This document shows, piece by piece, positions 19,209-29,639 of a DNA stretch of 64,000 nucleotides. Position numbers and translations under genes: made by a program. Under the pieces are notes generated by a model that saw only the letters and a program-made list of their open reading frames with translations, was not told the origin of the DNA and ran no database searches. The DNA comes from Patescibacteria group bacterium. GTDB lineage: Bacteria > Patescibacteriota > WWE3 > JAUXAW01 > JAYEID01. The DNA lies in the NCBI GenBank assembly GCA_048621635.1, contig JBMCWH010000001.1:4324-68323 (forward strand). The letters are read 5' to 3'. The stretch's first letter is position 1. The number at the start of each line of letters is the position of its first letter.

Positions 19209-21626
19209 TTAGTCCAGGTATTCCTTAGGTAGTATATCTTCCGGACCGGAGATCAAAACGTCTCGTGGCTTAGAACCATCCTTACGAGTCACTGCACCTC
19301 TCTTCTCCAAAGCATCAAGCAGTCGCGCAGCTCGGGCATAACCAATGGAAAGCCGACGCTGTAAAAGAGAGGCAGAACCTCTATCATGCCGACAAATAAC
19401 TTTAACTGCCTCGGGGAACAGTTCATCCTCCCAATCTTTTGCTTTGCCACTAGGCCCTTCGGTAACGATTTGCTTCTGAAGGGCAGCAAAAGGCTCACCA
19501 ACCTTATCTTGTAAATCTTCCCTTGCCTCCCGCAAACTTTCGTCAAACTCTTCCCTTTCCTCGTTTTTCTCCTTCAAAAACTTAACTACTGACTTTATTT
19601 CAGACATAGAAACAAAAGCTCCCTGGATACGGCGCGGTTTGGACGCTTCCGGAGGTAAAAACAGCAAATCTCCCCGCCCTAAAAGCTTATCAGCACCTGG
19701 CTGGTCTAAAATTACCCGAGAATCTACAGAGGAGGTGGTATTCAAAGCTATCCGACAAGTAATATTTGCCTTAATCAAGCCAGTTAAAACATCAGTGGAG
19801 GGGCGCTGGGTAGAAAGAACCAGATGAATACCTGTAGCACGCGACATCTGCGCTAAACGGACAATTGCTTTCTCGACCTCGTTTGCAGAAAGAGCCATAA
19901 TATCTGCTAACTCATCAACAATAATCACAATATAAGGCAGAGCTTGGAAACCCGAGAGCTCGTTGTAAGAATCGATATCTTTAGCACCTGCATTTTGAAA
20001 AAGTTGGTACCGCCTTTCCATCTCATCAGCAGCCCACTTTAAGGTAGGCAACATTTTCTCTGCATCAACAATCACAGGAGAAAGTAAATGAGGAATACCT
20101 TGGTACACAGAGAGCTCTACTCTCTTAGGATCAACAAGAATAAGGCGTGCTTCTTCAGGAGTTGTGCGAAAGAGTAAACTGGTAATGAAAGAATGAATAA
20201 GCACAGATTTACCACTCCCTGTTGCACCAGCAATCAACACATGCGGCATTCTTGAAATATCCGCAACTTGGGGTGTGCCGGTTACATCTTTCCCTAAAGC
20301 CACAGCAAGCGTTCCTTCCCGCTCCTCCATTACTTCAGAAGTAATAACCTTCTTTAATCCAACCAAAGAAGGTGACTTATTGGGAACTTCAACACCTACC
20401 AAAGAACGGCCGGGAATAGGAGCTTCAATACGCACAGACCCTGTAGAGGAGGCCAAAGCCATAGCTAAATCCTTTTGTAGGTTTGTAATCTTAGTTAACT
20501 TTGTTCCGGAAGGTGCCTCCAAAGCAAACTGCGTTACGGATGGGCCTACATTAACATCTGCTACTTTAGCCCGAATTCCAAAAGATTCTAAAGTATCCTC
20601 CAAGGTCTGTGCATGCCTTTTCAGACCCTCCGCATCTTCCTTATGTTCTGGCATATCATGAAGAAGATCCAAAGGAGGATACTGCCAGGCAACAGCCTTC
20701 TCAGGAACATTGGTTACGGTTTCCTGACGCAAAGTTTTTCCCTCTTTTCCAACCACTTGCTTTTTCTTCTTTTTCTCAGATACCGTAGTCGTTTTTTCTT
20801 CTCCTCCCACTGGTTTTGCTCCCGCGAGAGAGTAACGAGTCTCAATAATCTCTATTCCTTTCTCTTCTTCCTTGATGTCCTTCACTTCCTCCAAGACTTC
20901 CTCTTCCTGTTCCTGTTCCTGTTCCTCACCCTCAACCTCCCTCTGCTCCGTCTCCCCTGCCTCTTCTTGAGCAACCTCTCTTCCTAGAAGCTTTTTTACA
21001 AAACCAACTGCGTTTCGAAAAATATGTTCTTCAAAAAAGGAACCCACAAAACTCAAAAGCTTTCCAGCAAAAATGATAGTGTCGTCAAGAGAAGCATTAA
21101 ATATTACCAACAGAGAAATTAAAAAAGCAGCAAAGAGAACTAAAAAAGAACCGGGAGAACCTAGATATGTCCGCAAATTTTTTTGAATCCAATAGCCTAA
21201 CAAGCCGCCACCTCGCCCATCCACTGCTTCCTCTTTTGCTACCCCAGACTTAAAAAAGAAGTGGGTAAAGCCCAGAAAAGATAACCACAAAAAAACAAGC
21301 CCGGATACAACCCGTGGTTGGGTAAATTTCCATTTAGTCTTCCGCAAAAGAGCCAAGCCTGCAAGAATCAATAAGATAGGAAAGATAACAGCTCCCCAAC
21401 CAAAATAACGATTCAACAATTCCTGCACAAGAGAGCCAAATCCTGCAGTCTGGCCAAAAAAAGACAATAAAGCTAACAGACCCAAAAGAACAACTACCAC
21501 GCCAGCAATCGAGTGGGCAGATTCTTTTTCTAGCTCAAATTGAACTTTTCGAGGTCTACCTCGCTTAGCCATTGCTCTTTTATTTAAGCATAAATGTCTT
21601 TGGGAGGCAATTGCGTAGCAAAGCAC
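19209..21626 (-). CDS. ftsK: DNA translocase FtsK/SpoIIIE
   Basis: 805 aa; N-terminal TM helices, acidic linker, motor domain with Walker A GATGSGKS, C-terminal gamma wHTH. True start is probably MAKRGRPRK, 18 codons in. Confidence 0.9.
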   Translation of the reverse strand: MLCYAIASQRHLCLNKRAMAKRGRPRKVQFELEKESAHSIAGVVVVLLGLLALLSFFGQTAGFGSLVQELLNRYFGWGAVIFPILLILAGLALLRKTKWKFTQPRVVSGLVFLWLSFLGFTHFFFKSGVAKEEAVDGRGGGLLGYWIQKNLRTYLGSPGSFLVLFAAFLISLLVIFNASLDDTIIFAGKLLSFVGSFFEEHIFRNAVGFVKKLLGREVAQEEAGETEQREVEGEEQEQEQEEEVLEEVKDIKEEEKGIEIIETRYSLAGAKPVGGEEKTTTVSEKKKKKQVVGKEGKTLRQETVTNVPEKAVAWQYPPLDLLHDMPEHKEDAEGLKRHAQTLEDTLESFGIRAKVADVNVGPSVTQFALEAPSGTKLTKITNLQKDLAMALASSTGSVRIEAPIPGRSLVGVEVPNKSPSLVGLKKVITSEVMEEREGTLAVALGKDVTGTPQVADISRMPHVLIAGATGSGKSVLIHSFITSLLFRTTPEEARLILVDPKRVELSVYQGIPHLLSPVIVDAEKMLPTLKWAADEMERRYQLFQNAGAKDIDSYNELSGFQALPYIVIIVDELADIMALSANEVEKAIVRLAQMSRATGIHLVLSTQRPSTDVLTGLIKANITCRIALNTTSSVDSRVILDQPGADKLLGRGDLLFLPPEASKPRRIQGAFVSMSEIKSVVKFLKEKNEEREEFDESLREAREDLQDKVGEPFAALQKQIVTEGPSGKAKDWEDELFPEAVKVICRHDRGSASLLQRRLSIGYARAARLLDALEKRGAVTRKDGSKPRDVLISGPEDILPKEYLD

Positions 21627-21669
21627 TGTGCAGAAGAATACGACGGTCCCTTCATCAGCAGATTAAAAA

Positions 21670-21750
21670 GTATGCGAATAATTCGAACTATTCGCAATAA
21701 TTCGTTGTATAAAAGTATTCATACCGTAATTATTTGTAATAATTAGCTAT
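21670..21750. repeat. Copy of mosaic repeat module (attcgcaataattcg...tataaaagtattc...atttgtaataattagc)
   Basis: Closely matches 10570-10625 of copy A. Confidence 0.55.
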
Positions 21751-23492
21751 CACACTTCCACTAAGACACTTAAAATAAGAGGGTTTCGGCCGGTTTCTTC
21801 CGCAATAAATTGGGAAGCACTGCTCCCGATACTACGACGAAGATTGCCCCAGGTACCTTTGCTCGAAGGCTTAGAATCAATAGTGGATTGAATCCGACTG
21901 CGGAGGCGGGAAAGTAATTCTTTAGACTCTCGCACATACACAAACCCCCGGGTCACAATTTCTACGGATCCGGAGATTTTTCCCGTCTTTGGATCCAAAG
22001 GTACAATTATGACTACAATCCCATCATCAGAAAGGACCTTCCGATCATGTAACACTACCTGACCCACATCACCAACTCGAGAACCATCTACCAAAACATC
22101 TCGAAATGAAAAAGATCCACGCTTAACCTTAGCCTGGGTAACATCAATTTGCTCATCCTTTCGATGCCCTTCCGGAAGACGAAAATCAAGATACTGTCCT
22201 TCCTGCAACTCAAAAATGTTTTCAGAAGGATTGCCCATTGCCTCTGCCAACTGAGCATAAGCATGCATATACTTAGGCGATCCACCAATAGGAACAAAAT
22301 ATTCCGGTTTCACCAAACCAAATAACATCTGTGTATCACCCGCGCTACCATGGCCAGAAACATGCATATTTTCTTGGATATCGTAATAAGAAACATCTGC
22401 TCCTTTCAAAATCAGCTCGTCAATGACAATATCTACAGAGTTGCGCGCACCAGGGGGAGAAGGATCACCGGAAAAAACAATTCGCGCACCCTCCTCAAGC
22501 TCAACATCTCGATGTTCACCACGAGAAATGCGATCAATAGCTGAACCCCGCTGACCATAACAACCCGCGGCTAAATAACATAGCTTAGATTGGTCTTTAC
22601 CACGAGCGTGACGGGGGTGAACAAGATCCTTTTTAGATATATCTAGATAACCTAAATCGCGAGCGATAAAAACACTGCGCTCCATAGATCTACCTAACAC
22701 ACAAAATTTCCTCCCTGTTTTTTTGGCAGATTCAATTGTTTGCCTAATTCGAGAAATATTAGAAGAAACTGTTACTACAAAAAGCTGACAATCTGCCGAC
22801 TCTTCAATTTCCCTATGTAAAGACTCCGCAACAATACTTTCCGACTCAGTGTAACCAGGATTAGTAGCACCTAGACAGTCAGAAACCAATGCAAGAGGCT
22901 TCTCTTCCGCAAGATTAGAAACTTTATTCACAGCAAAAATTTTGCCATCGATAGGCGTCCAATCAAACTTATAATCAGAAACGTGAAAGACATTTCCCAC
23001 CGGGGTCTCAATACAGAAACCTACAGTATCCGGGACTGAGTGACAAACACGAAAAGGTGTTACCTTAAATTTGCCCAATTCAAAAGCACCACCTTCTGGA
23101 TCTATTTCTCTCAAATCAGGTTCAAAGTTCAAGTCCGCTTCCTCTAGCACCATCTGCACAAACTCTAAAGTTAAGCGCGATCCGTAGACAGGTACCCGAA
23201 CCTCTGAAAGTATGTGCGAAAGAGCCCCAAAATGGTCATAATGAGCATGAGTAAGTACAATACCACGAACTTTATTTAATCTATTCTCATTCTTTAGATA
23301 AGTAATATCAGGAATAGTTACATCTACGCCTAACATCTCGAAATCAGGAAAACCAATACCACAATCCACAATTAAAATATCTTCTCCCGACTCATAGGCA
23401 AACATATTTCTCGTAACTCTCCCCGATCCCCCTAAAGGGACAAAGCGCAAAGAATCTTCAGTTGTATCTTCCGAACGTTTGAATTTAGCCAT
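21750..23492 (-). CDS. rnj: Ribonuclease J (metallo-beta-lactamase / beta-CASP RNase)
   Basis: 580 aa; HAHYDH Zn-binding motif, beta-CASP and C-terminal domains. Confidence 0.9.
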   Translation of the reverse strand: MAKFKRSEDTTEDSLRFVPLGGSGRVTRNMFAYESGEDILIVDCGIGFPDFEMLGVDVTIPDITYLKNENRLNKVRGIVLTHAHYDHFGALSHILSEVRVPVYGSRLTLEFVQMVLEEADLNFEPDLREIDPEGGAFELGKFKVTPFRVCHSVPDTVGFCIETPVGNVFHVSDYKFDWTPIDGKIFAVNKVSNLAEEKPLALVSDCLGATNPGYTESESIVAESLHREIEESADCQLFVVTVSSNISRIRQTIESAKKTGRKFCVLGRSMERSVFIARDLGYLDISKKDLVHPRHARGKDQSKLCYLAAGCYGQRGSAIDRISRGEHRDVELEEGARIVFSGDPSPPGARNSVDIVIDELILKGADVSYYDIQENMHVSGHGSAGDTQMLFGLVKPEYFVPIGGSPKYMHAYAQLAEAMGNPSENIFELQEGQYLDFRLPEGHRKDEQIDVTQAKVKRGSFSFRDVLVDGSRVGDVGQVVLHDRKVLSDDGIVVIIVPLDPKTGKISGSVEIVTRGFVYVRESKELLSRLRSRIQSTIDSKPSSKGTWGNLRRSIGSSASQFIAEETGRNPLILSVLVEV

Positions 23493-23565
23493 ATTAACTA
23501 CCCTTAAAAATTAACAAATTCCCATTTGCGTTAATTCGTTCTCAATTCGCGATAATTCGCGTTTT

Positions 23566-24177
23566 TCAAAACATTGCTACTTGATCATCTTCGTCATCCT
23601 CTTCTACTCTTTCCAACTCAATTTCTCCAGCTAAAATCTTAGGAATTTTAGCAAAATCCTCACGCAAATCCTTACCCAAACGACCATTACGTAATGCCGC
23701 TGCGGGATGATACACAGGTAAAAGAGCTCTTCCCCCACATCTCAAGGCTCGCCCATGGTTCTCAGTAATAGAACCTTCAGAAATAAAATGTTCCATTGCA
23801 AACCGCCCTAAAGTTACAATAACTTTTGGGTTAACAGTTCTTATCTCCTCATCCAAATAAGGAGAACACCCTCTAATCTCATCCGCCATCGGATCTCTAT
23901 TCTCTGGCGGGCGGCACTTAACCACATTTGTAATGTAAACATCTTCTCGTTGCAAACCAACTGTAGAAAGAAGTTTCTCCAGTAACTTGCCAGCACGGCC
24001 CACAAAAGGCAAGCCCTGCTCATCCTCATTAACCCCCGGACACTGCCCCACCAACATCACCTGGGTATTCACATCCCCATCACCAGGAACAGCATTAGTC
24101 CTTGTTTTGTGTAAACGGCATTTTCGGCAATCATTAATAACCTCCGCAAGCCGTTCTAATAATTCTTCTTTTCCCAT
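23566..24177 (-). CDS. Uracil-DNA glycosylase family 4 (Fe-S)
   Basis: 203 aa; CRKCRLHKTR...GEGP-like ...QCPGVNEDEQGLPFVGRAG motif of family-4 UDG. Confidence 0.85.
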   Translation of the reverse strand: MGKEELLERLAEVINDCRKCRLHKTRTNAVPGDGDVNTQVMLVGQCPGVNEDEQGLPFVGRAGKLLEKLLSTVGLQREDVYITNVVKCRPPENRDPMADEIRGCSPYLDEEIRTVNPKVIVTLGRFAMEHFISEGSITENHGRALRCGGRALLPVYHPAAALRNGRLGKDLREDFAKIPKILAGEIELERVEEDDEDDQVAMF

Positions 24178-24597
24178 ACTTGGTATAGCAATTATTGCAA
24201 ATTGATATAGCTAATTAACACAAATTAATACAAACCTAGCACAGCAAAACATCCCCGCCTAGCTGTAGAGATGTGGCACTCTCCATCTCTGAGCGAGCGT
24301 GTCTCCCCCTCTATACATAGATTATAGAGCTATTTCCGGTCCGCGAGCGCTTTCGGCGAGCATAAGTCGAAAAGGAAAACCCGTTTAACATAATCAGGTT
24401 CGGACAAAATCTTCGCTGAATGAGCCTGAACGCCTAACTTGTCGATTATCTCTATGAAAACAGCGAATCTTTCTAAAAAATATCTATCGATAATCATTGC
24501 GCACAAAGTTATCAGGCTGAGTTGAAAAGACGTTGCAACGCAACGTCTCTACTTTTCTGAAACCCCAAATCATAACGAAGCGGGCCATTCCTCACAA
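24178..24597. other. About 420-nt structured non-coding region (multiple hairpins); candidate ncRNA or long leader
   Basis: No ORF; hairpins gagatg-N10-catctc, ctctata-N7-tatagag, ccgcgagcgc...; ends in the lon-like terminator. No tmRNA, SRP or 6S signature recognised. Confidence 0.3.
24521..24550 (-). terminator. Rho-independent (bidirectional) terminator after the Lon-like gene
   Basis: Perfect palindrome agacgttgc-aa-cgcaacgtct flanked by A/T runs (gaaaag...cttttc). Confidence 0.55.
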
Positions 24598-25671
24598 CTA
24601 CATCCTCGAAAGATATTCATCAATATTATCTTCATTAATAACAACTCTATCAGCCTCTCCTTCCACAATAATCCTTGCCACTTTGCGGCAAATTCCTTGC
24701 ACAGTCCGCTCTAACGTTCTTATCCCCGCATCGTAGCCCAAAGGCCGCACTACCTGACTCCAAACAGAATCAGAAATACGCAACTGATCTTGTGTAAGAC
24801 CTGTTGATTCCAAAGCACGGGGAAGCAAATACTCTCTACCAATAGTTATTTTTTCTTCGTCAGTATAGGATTGCATCTCAATCATTTCCAGACGGTCTTG
24901 AACCGCATTGGCAATCCCTCTTGTATGGTTAGCAGTACAAATAAAAAGAGCTTCCGACAAATCAAAGGGATAATCTAGATAATAATCTAAAAACTCAGCG
25001 TGTTGCTCAGGATCTAAAAGCTCTAAAAGAGCACCCATAATTTCCGCATGGGCAGATTCACTAACACGATCAATTTCATCAAGAAGAATAACAGGATTCT
25101 TTGTCTTTTCCCTTCTTAGACCTTTGATTATCAGTCCTGGCTCCGCCATGGGAAACGACCGAGATCGGCCTCTTAGCTGAGCTGCACTCCCCATTCCTCC
25201 CATAGCAACACGGATAAATTTTCGGTTCAAAGCACGGGCAATAGAATAGGTAATCGATGTCTTTCCTACTCCTGGAAGACCTATAAAGCAAAGAACAGAA
25301 GCCCGGGTTACTGCCAAAGGTCCTGTTTGCAACTCTATCTTTCTTCCCCTTCTCTCTTCTGTCAGGTTTAAAACCGCAATGTACTCCAAAATCCTATCCT
25401 TAACATTCTCCATCCCGTAGTGAGTCTGATCCAAAACATCCTTAGCTTTGTCCAAATCTAAATTATCTTCCGAACGCTGTGTCCAGGGAAGACTGACAAC
25501 TAAATCAATATAACGAGAGATAGATTCGTATTCCGCGGTGTAGCTCCGAAACTCAACCATCCTCTTTAACTGACCAACCAAACGCAATACCTTTTCCTCT
25601 AACTCAGGGGGTAAAGTAGCAGCTTCCACACGTTGTTCAAGCTCTTGTATTTCGGGCAAGGTTTCAGGCAT
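24598..25671 (-). CDS. Lon-family AAA+ ATPase module without N-domain and without S16 peptidase domain
   Basis: 357 aa aligning to the Lon ATPase module (HYGMENVKDRILEYIAV..., Walker A GLPGVGKTS, Walker B ILLDEID, sensor regions ...GIRTLERTVQGICRK...). Terminates where the protease domain would begin. Confidence 0.75.
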   Translation of the reverse strand: MPETLPEIQELEQRVEAATLPPELEEKVLRLVGQLKRMVEFRSYTAEYESISRYIDLVVSLPWTQRSEDNLDLDKAKDVLDQTHYGMENVKDRILEYIAVLNLTEERRGRKIELQTGPLAVTRASVLCFIGLPGVGKTSITYSIARALNRKFIRVAMGGMGSAAQLRGRSRSFPMAEPGLIIKGLRREKTKNPVILLDEIDRVSESAHAEIMGALLELLDPEQHAEFLDYYLDYPFDLSEALFICTANHTRGIANAVQDRLEMIEMQSYTDEEKITIGREYLLPRALESTGLTQDQLRISDSVWSQVVRPLGYDAGIRTLERTVQGICRKVARIIVEGEADRVVINEDNIDEYLSRM

Positions 25672-25691
25672 AATTTATAGAACAAGAAGCT

Positions 25692-27815
25692 TTAATTAGC
25701 TTTCTGATAATGAGACTGTGACTCTTGGTCATCTTGACCATCAGATAAAGCTTTTATAGAAAGATTAAGCCGTTCCTCCTCATCCACCTCAACCAACTTA
25801 ACCTTTATTTCGTCACCTTCAGAAACAACGTCGTGGGGATCTTCAACATAACCATCTGTCATCTCGGAAACATGTACTAAGCCTTCCTGTCCAGGAAGAA
25901 TTTCTACAAAAGCCCCAAAATCCATTATCTTAGTAACTCGCCCCTCGTAAACTTTTCCTACTTCCGGTTCTGCGGTTAAGCCCTGTATGGTTTCCAGCGC
26001 TTTCTTCACACCTGCAGGCTCCGTACCGGTTACTGATACTGTCCCATCCTCTTCAATATCGATCTCTGCACCCGTTTCTTCAGTAATAGACCTAATCATT
26101 TTTCCTCCTGGTCCAATTACCTTGCCTATTTTCTCCGGGGAAATATGAATAGTTTCTACCCGGGGGGCATGCATAGAAAGATGGTCGCGCGGAGCTTCAA
26201 TAGTTTCCTCCATTATGTCCAATATTTGCAAACGGGCTTCTCTCGCACCGCGAATGGTTTCCTTAATAATCTCTGGGGTAAGCCCATCAATCTTAACATC
26301 CAGTTGAATAGCTGTTATTCCTTCCCGAGTCCCGGTAACCTTAAAATCCATTCCCCCATAAAAATCCTCTAAAGCAGCAATATCAGTAAGCAATTTATAC
26401 TCACCATTTTTACCAGGAATCATCCCCATAGCAATACCAGCAACAGGAGAAGAGATAGGAACTCCTGCATCCATAAGTGCCAAAGTTGAACCACAAGTAG
26501 AAGCCATAGAAGTTGAACCGGCAGAAGAAAGGACCTCACTAACCAATCTTATAGCATAAGGAAACTCATCCTCAGAGGGAAGCACAGGCCGCAAAGCTTT
26601 TTCCGCCAAAGCTCCATGGCCGATCTCTCGCCTACCTGGACCACGAAGTGGGGCAGTTTCCCCAGTACTAAAAGGTGGGAAATAGTAATGATGCATATAG
26701 CGTTTAGTACTTTCCCCAGTCATACTTTCTAACATCTGTTCAAGGGAAAGAGACCCTAAAGTTGCCGCAGTAAGAACCTGAGTATCACCCCTATTAAAAA
26801 GTCCGGATCCATGCGCGCGGGGAAGCATTCCCACCTCAACAGAAACTGGTCTCACCTCATCAGGTTCTCGCCCATCAATGCGCGTATCATTTTCCAAAAT
26901 ATATTTCCGAACTTCCTTCTTAACCGTGTTTTCAAAAATAGTATCCATCTCTGACTTCTTTAGCTCACCTTCAAACTTTTCATAGAGTATTTCTTTCCGA
27001 TCATCTTGCGCCGCAAAATCAACTTTCCCTTCTTCCAAAATATCGGGAACGAAATTTTCCCGTACATAATCAGCTACATCATCCTCAACAGGAATAGGTT
27101 CAGGAAGCTCAATCTCGTGCTTTCTCTTACCAGCAGTGGACTGAAGATCAGTAATAAGATCGATAATCTGTTGCAATCCTTCTTGACCAAAAGAAATTGC
27201 TTCCACAACCGCATCATCATCTACTTCGTTACCACTAGCATCAATCATTATAACCTTCTCCTCCGTACCAGAAACAATCAAATTCAAATCATTTTCAACC
27301 AAAGTATTAAGCGGGGGGTTAAGAATAAAATCATCTTCTTCCGAATCGTAACCCACACGTACTGTCCCAATAGGACCGTCCCAAGGAATATCAGAAACAG
27401 CTAAAGCTGCCGAACTAGCAACAGCAGCTAGGAGCTCTGCATCATTTTCCTCATCAACAGATAAGGCGGTAATAATAACCTGAACATCTTTCTTATACCC
27501 ATCTGGAAAAATAGGTCTAATAGAACGATCAATTACTCGACCAGCTAAAATTGCTTCATCAGAAGGACGTCCTTCCCGTTTAACAAAACGAGACCCTTTG
27601 ATAACACCACCGGCATACAGACGTTCGATAAAATCAACGCGAAGAGGAAAGTAATCAATACCTTCCCGAAGTTCATCTTCCGTAGCCGTTGCTAAAACTG
27701 CTGTTTCCCCATACCGGGCTAAAACTGATCCATTTGCCTGTTGAGCCAAACGGCCAACTTCCAAACTTAACGTTCGGCCAGCTAATTCTACTTCTTTTTT
27801 TATAATCTTAGACAT
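25692..27815 (-). CDS. pnp: Polyribonucleotide nucleotidyltransferase (PNPase)
   Basis: 707 aa; two RNase PH domains, KH and S1 domains; rpsO immediately upstream. Confidence 0.95.
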   Translation of the reverse strand: MSKIIKKEVELAGRTLSLEVGRLAQQANGSVLARYGETAVLATATEDELREGIDYFPLRVDFIERLYAGGVIKGSRFVKREGRPSDEAILAGRVIDRSIRPIFPDGYKKDVQVIITALSVDEENDAELLAAVASSAALAVSDIPWDGPIGTVRVGYDSEEDDFILNPPLNTLVENDLNLIVSGTEEKVIMIDASGNEVDDDAVVEAISFGQEGLQQIIDLITDLQSTAGKRKHEIELPEPIPVEDDVADYVRENFVPDILEEGKVDFAAQDDRKEILYEKFEGELKKSEMDTIFENTVKKEVRKYILENDTRIDGREPDEVRPVSVEVGMLPRAHGSGLFNRGDTQVLTAATLGSLSLEQMLESMTGESTKRYMHHYYFPPFSTGETAPLRGPGRREIGHGALAEKALRPVLPSEDEFPYAIRLVSEVLSSAGSTSMASTCGSTLALMDAGVPISSPVAGIAMGMIPGKNGEYKLLTDIAALEDFYGGMDFKVTGTREGITAIQLDVKIDGLTPEIIKETIRGAREARLQILDIMEETIEAPRDHLSMHAPRVETIHISPEKIGKVIGPGGKMIRSITEETGAEIDIEEDGTVSVTGTEPAGVKKALETIQGLTAEPEVGKVYEGRVTKIMDFGAFVEILPGQEGLVHVSEMTDGYVEDPHDVVSEGDEIKVKLVEVDEEERLNLSIKALSDGQDDQESQSHYQKAN

Positions 27816-27914
27816 AAATATGCAACGAGAGGTAAGGAAGGCAACAGTACCAATAGTTTCAGGAGAGCAGCAAACACTTCATCTCCCGATACCACTAGCC
27901 CTGTTGCTTCCACC

Positions 27915-28187
27915 TCACTCCTCAATTTCCAACTTTTCTAGTAGAGCATTATAGCGCACTTCATCTTTTTCTTCAAGGTACTTCAACAATTTACGTCGTT
28001 TTTCAACAAGCTTTAAGAGGCCGCGACGAGAATGGTTATCCTTTTTGTGCTCCTCTAGATGTTCAGAAAGCTCTCTAATCCGCGCTGTCAAAATGCCAAC
28101 CTGAACCTCAGGAGAACCTGTATCTCCATTATGCCTAGCAAATTTTTTAATAAGTTCTTGTTTTTCGTCTGATTTTAATGTCATCAT
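27915..28187 (-). CDS. rpsO: 30S ribosomal protein S15
   Basis: 90 aa; ...[25 protein letters not shown]... S15 signature. Confidence 0.9.
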   Translation of the reverse strand: MMTLKSDEKQELIKKFARHNGDTGSPEVQVGILTARIRELSEHLEEHKKDNHSRRGLLKLVEKRRKLLKYLEEKDEVRYNALLEKLEIEE

Positions 28188-28193
28188 GTTTAC

Positions 28194-28202
28194 ATATTAC
28201 CA
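28194..28202 (-). promoter_or_regulatory. Extended -10 TGGTAATAT 6 nt before the rpsO ATG (leaderless)
   Basis: Minus strand reads aaTGgTAATATgtaaacATGATG; no SD. Confidence 0.4.
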
Positions 28203-28354
28203 TTACTCATCTTTCTCCGCAATCAGCTGGGGCAATAAACAAAATGGGAAATGACCGCATTAATCCTTACAAGTGGGATACGATGCTACGACTGGCTAGT
28301 TAATTCATCAGTTTAGCCAGTGGTATATTATTCAAAACACAATTAACTGATTTG

Positions 28355-28420
28355 AGACAAGAAACTAGAGACTAGTAATTAGTACTTAATTTGGTATTTA
28401 AGCATTGAAATTTATTTGTG
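28355..28420. repeat. Inverted partial copy of the mosaic repeat (gaaactagagactagtaattagtacttaat...)
   Basis: Reverse complement resembles 10400-10440 of copy A. Confidence 0.5.
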
Positions 28421-28490
28421 TATACGCGCATTCAGTAGAACAGAGTTAAATCACTTAAAAATTTGGGTAATTTCTGCTAAAATTGGGAAC

Positions 28491-29429
28491 GCAATGGCTG
28501 ATTACTATGATATCTTAGGACTTTCAGAAAATGCTTCACAAGAAGAGATAAAAAAAGCATACCGTCGATTGGCAAAAAAATATCACCCCGATTCAAAATC
28601 AGGAGAAGGGAATGAAGCTCAGTTCAAAAAAATAAACGAAGCCTACCAGATTCTTTCTGATCCCCAAAAAAAGCAGGCTTACGACCAATTCGGGGATACT
28701 GCCTTTTCCCAAACAGGAGGATTTGGAGAGCACGCTCCTTTCGGACAAGAGCGAACATCTCGAACTGGTTCACAAGGACCTTTTACCTATACTTACTCCA
28801 CCGGCCCAGGCGGGGACGATATGAACTTCGAAGATTTTTTTGGCGACGCGTTCTCCGTGTTTTTTGGAAGAGAAAACCCCTTTGGGCGCCGCGCACAATC
28901 AGATCTAAGATTCCAAATGACCATTGACTTTGCCACAGCTGTCCACGGAGCGGAGGAAACAATAAATGTACAAGGCCGAAAAACAAAAATTCGCATCCCC
29001 CAAGGAATACACGATGGTATGGAGCTAAAATTTGAAGAAGAAGGAAAAACGGTACAAGGACCGCGCGGCGAGCAAATAACAGGAGATTTATATATCTTAG
29101 TCCGAGTCCGAGAACCACGTGAATTTACAATTCGTGGAGAGAATATTTATATTGAACAAGATATCTCCTACCTTGACGCCCTTCTAGGAGGAACAGCAGC
29201 CGTCCCGGTAGTTTCTTTGCAAGAAGAGTCAGGAATTGGGCAGGCCACCTTGAAAATACCTGCGGGAACACAACCTGGCGACACTTTTCGACTAGCTAAT
29301 AAGGGTATGCCCACTTATCGCGGGCAAGGGCAAGGAGATGCCTATATAAAGGTTCAAGTTAAAATCCCAAAGAGACTTTCCCGCAAGGAACGGCAAACAC
29401 TAAAGAAATTAAAAAAAGACAAAAATTAA
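28491..29429 (+). CDS. J-domain co-chaperone without zinc finger (CbpA/DnaJ class II-like)
   Basis: J domain with HPD (YYDILGL...KKYHPD), G/F-rich region, C-terminal substrate-binding domains; no CxxCxGxG repeats. The ORF track starts at 28416, but MADYYDILG at 28491 is the likely start. Confidence 0.8.
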   Translation, partial: AMADYYDILGLSENASQEEIKKAYRRLAKKYHPDSKSGEGNEAQFKKINEAYQILSDPQKKQAYDQFGDTAFSQTGGFGEHAPFGQERTSRTGSQGPFTYTYSTGPGGDDMNFEDFFGDAFSVFFGRENPFGRRAQSDLRFQMTIDFATAVHGAEETINVQGRKTKIRIPQGIHDGMELKFEEEGKTVQGPRGEQITGDLYILVRVREPREFTIRGENIYIEQDISYLDALLGGTAAVPVVSLQEESGIGQATLKIPAGTQPGDTFRLANKGMPTYRGQGQGDAYIKVQVKIPKRLSRKERQTLKKLKKDKN

Positions 29430-29552
29430 CAAACAGAAAAGACCACGCAACCTATTGATCCCAGTTTAGGGTCATTCCGAACAATTCGATTGAGCTCACC
29501 GCCGAAGTCTTGGTTCAGAATCCGCCTAAAACGGCGGGTCGCCGCGCTGTCG

Positions 29553-29625
29553 AGAATGTTGAAGTTGTTCAATCGTTCGCTCCGCTCACTTGTCCAAAAT
29601 GTTCAAATTGTCATCAAGCGAACGC
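29553..29625. repeat. Second small repeat family (gaatgttgaagttgttcaatcgttcgc ... caagcgaacgcag)
   Basis: Shares caagcgaacgcag and an inverted gaatgttgRaGWtgttgaatcgc segment with 32702-32760. Confidence 0.45.
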
Positions 29626-29639
29626 AGTTTTTCTTGGTG

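Noticed and set aside
24178-24597. tmRNA, SRP RNA or 6S RNA in the 420-nt gap
   Set aside because: No tRNA-like 3' end (GGTTCGA...CCA), no SRP domain IV motif and no 6S-like central bubble were recognisable. The region is retained only as an unassigned structured region.
29495-29520. tRNA-like T-arm motif GGTTCAGAATCC
   Set aside because: No acceptor, D or anticodon stems can be built around it, the loop length is wrong, and no other tRNA hallmark is present in any intergenic region.
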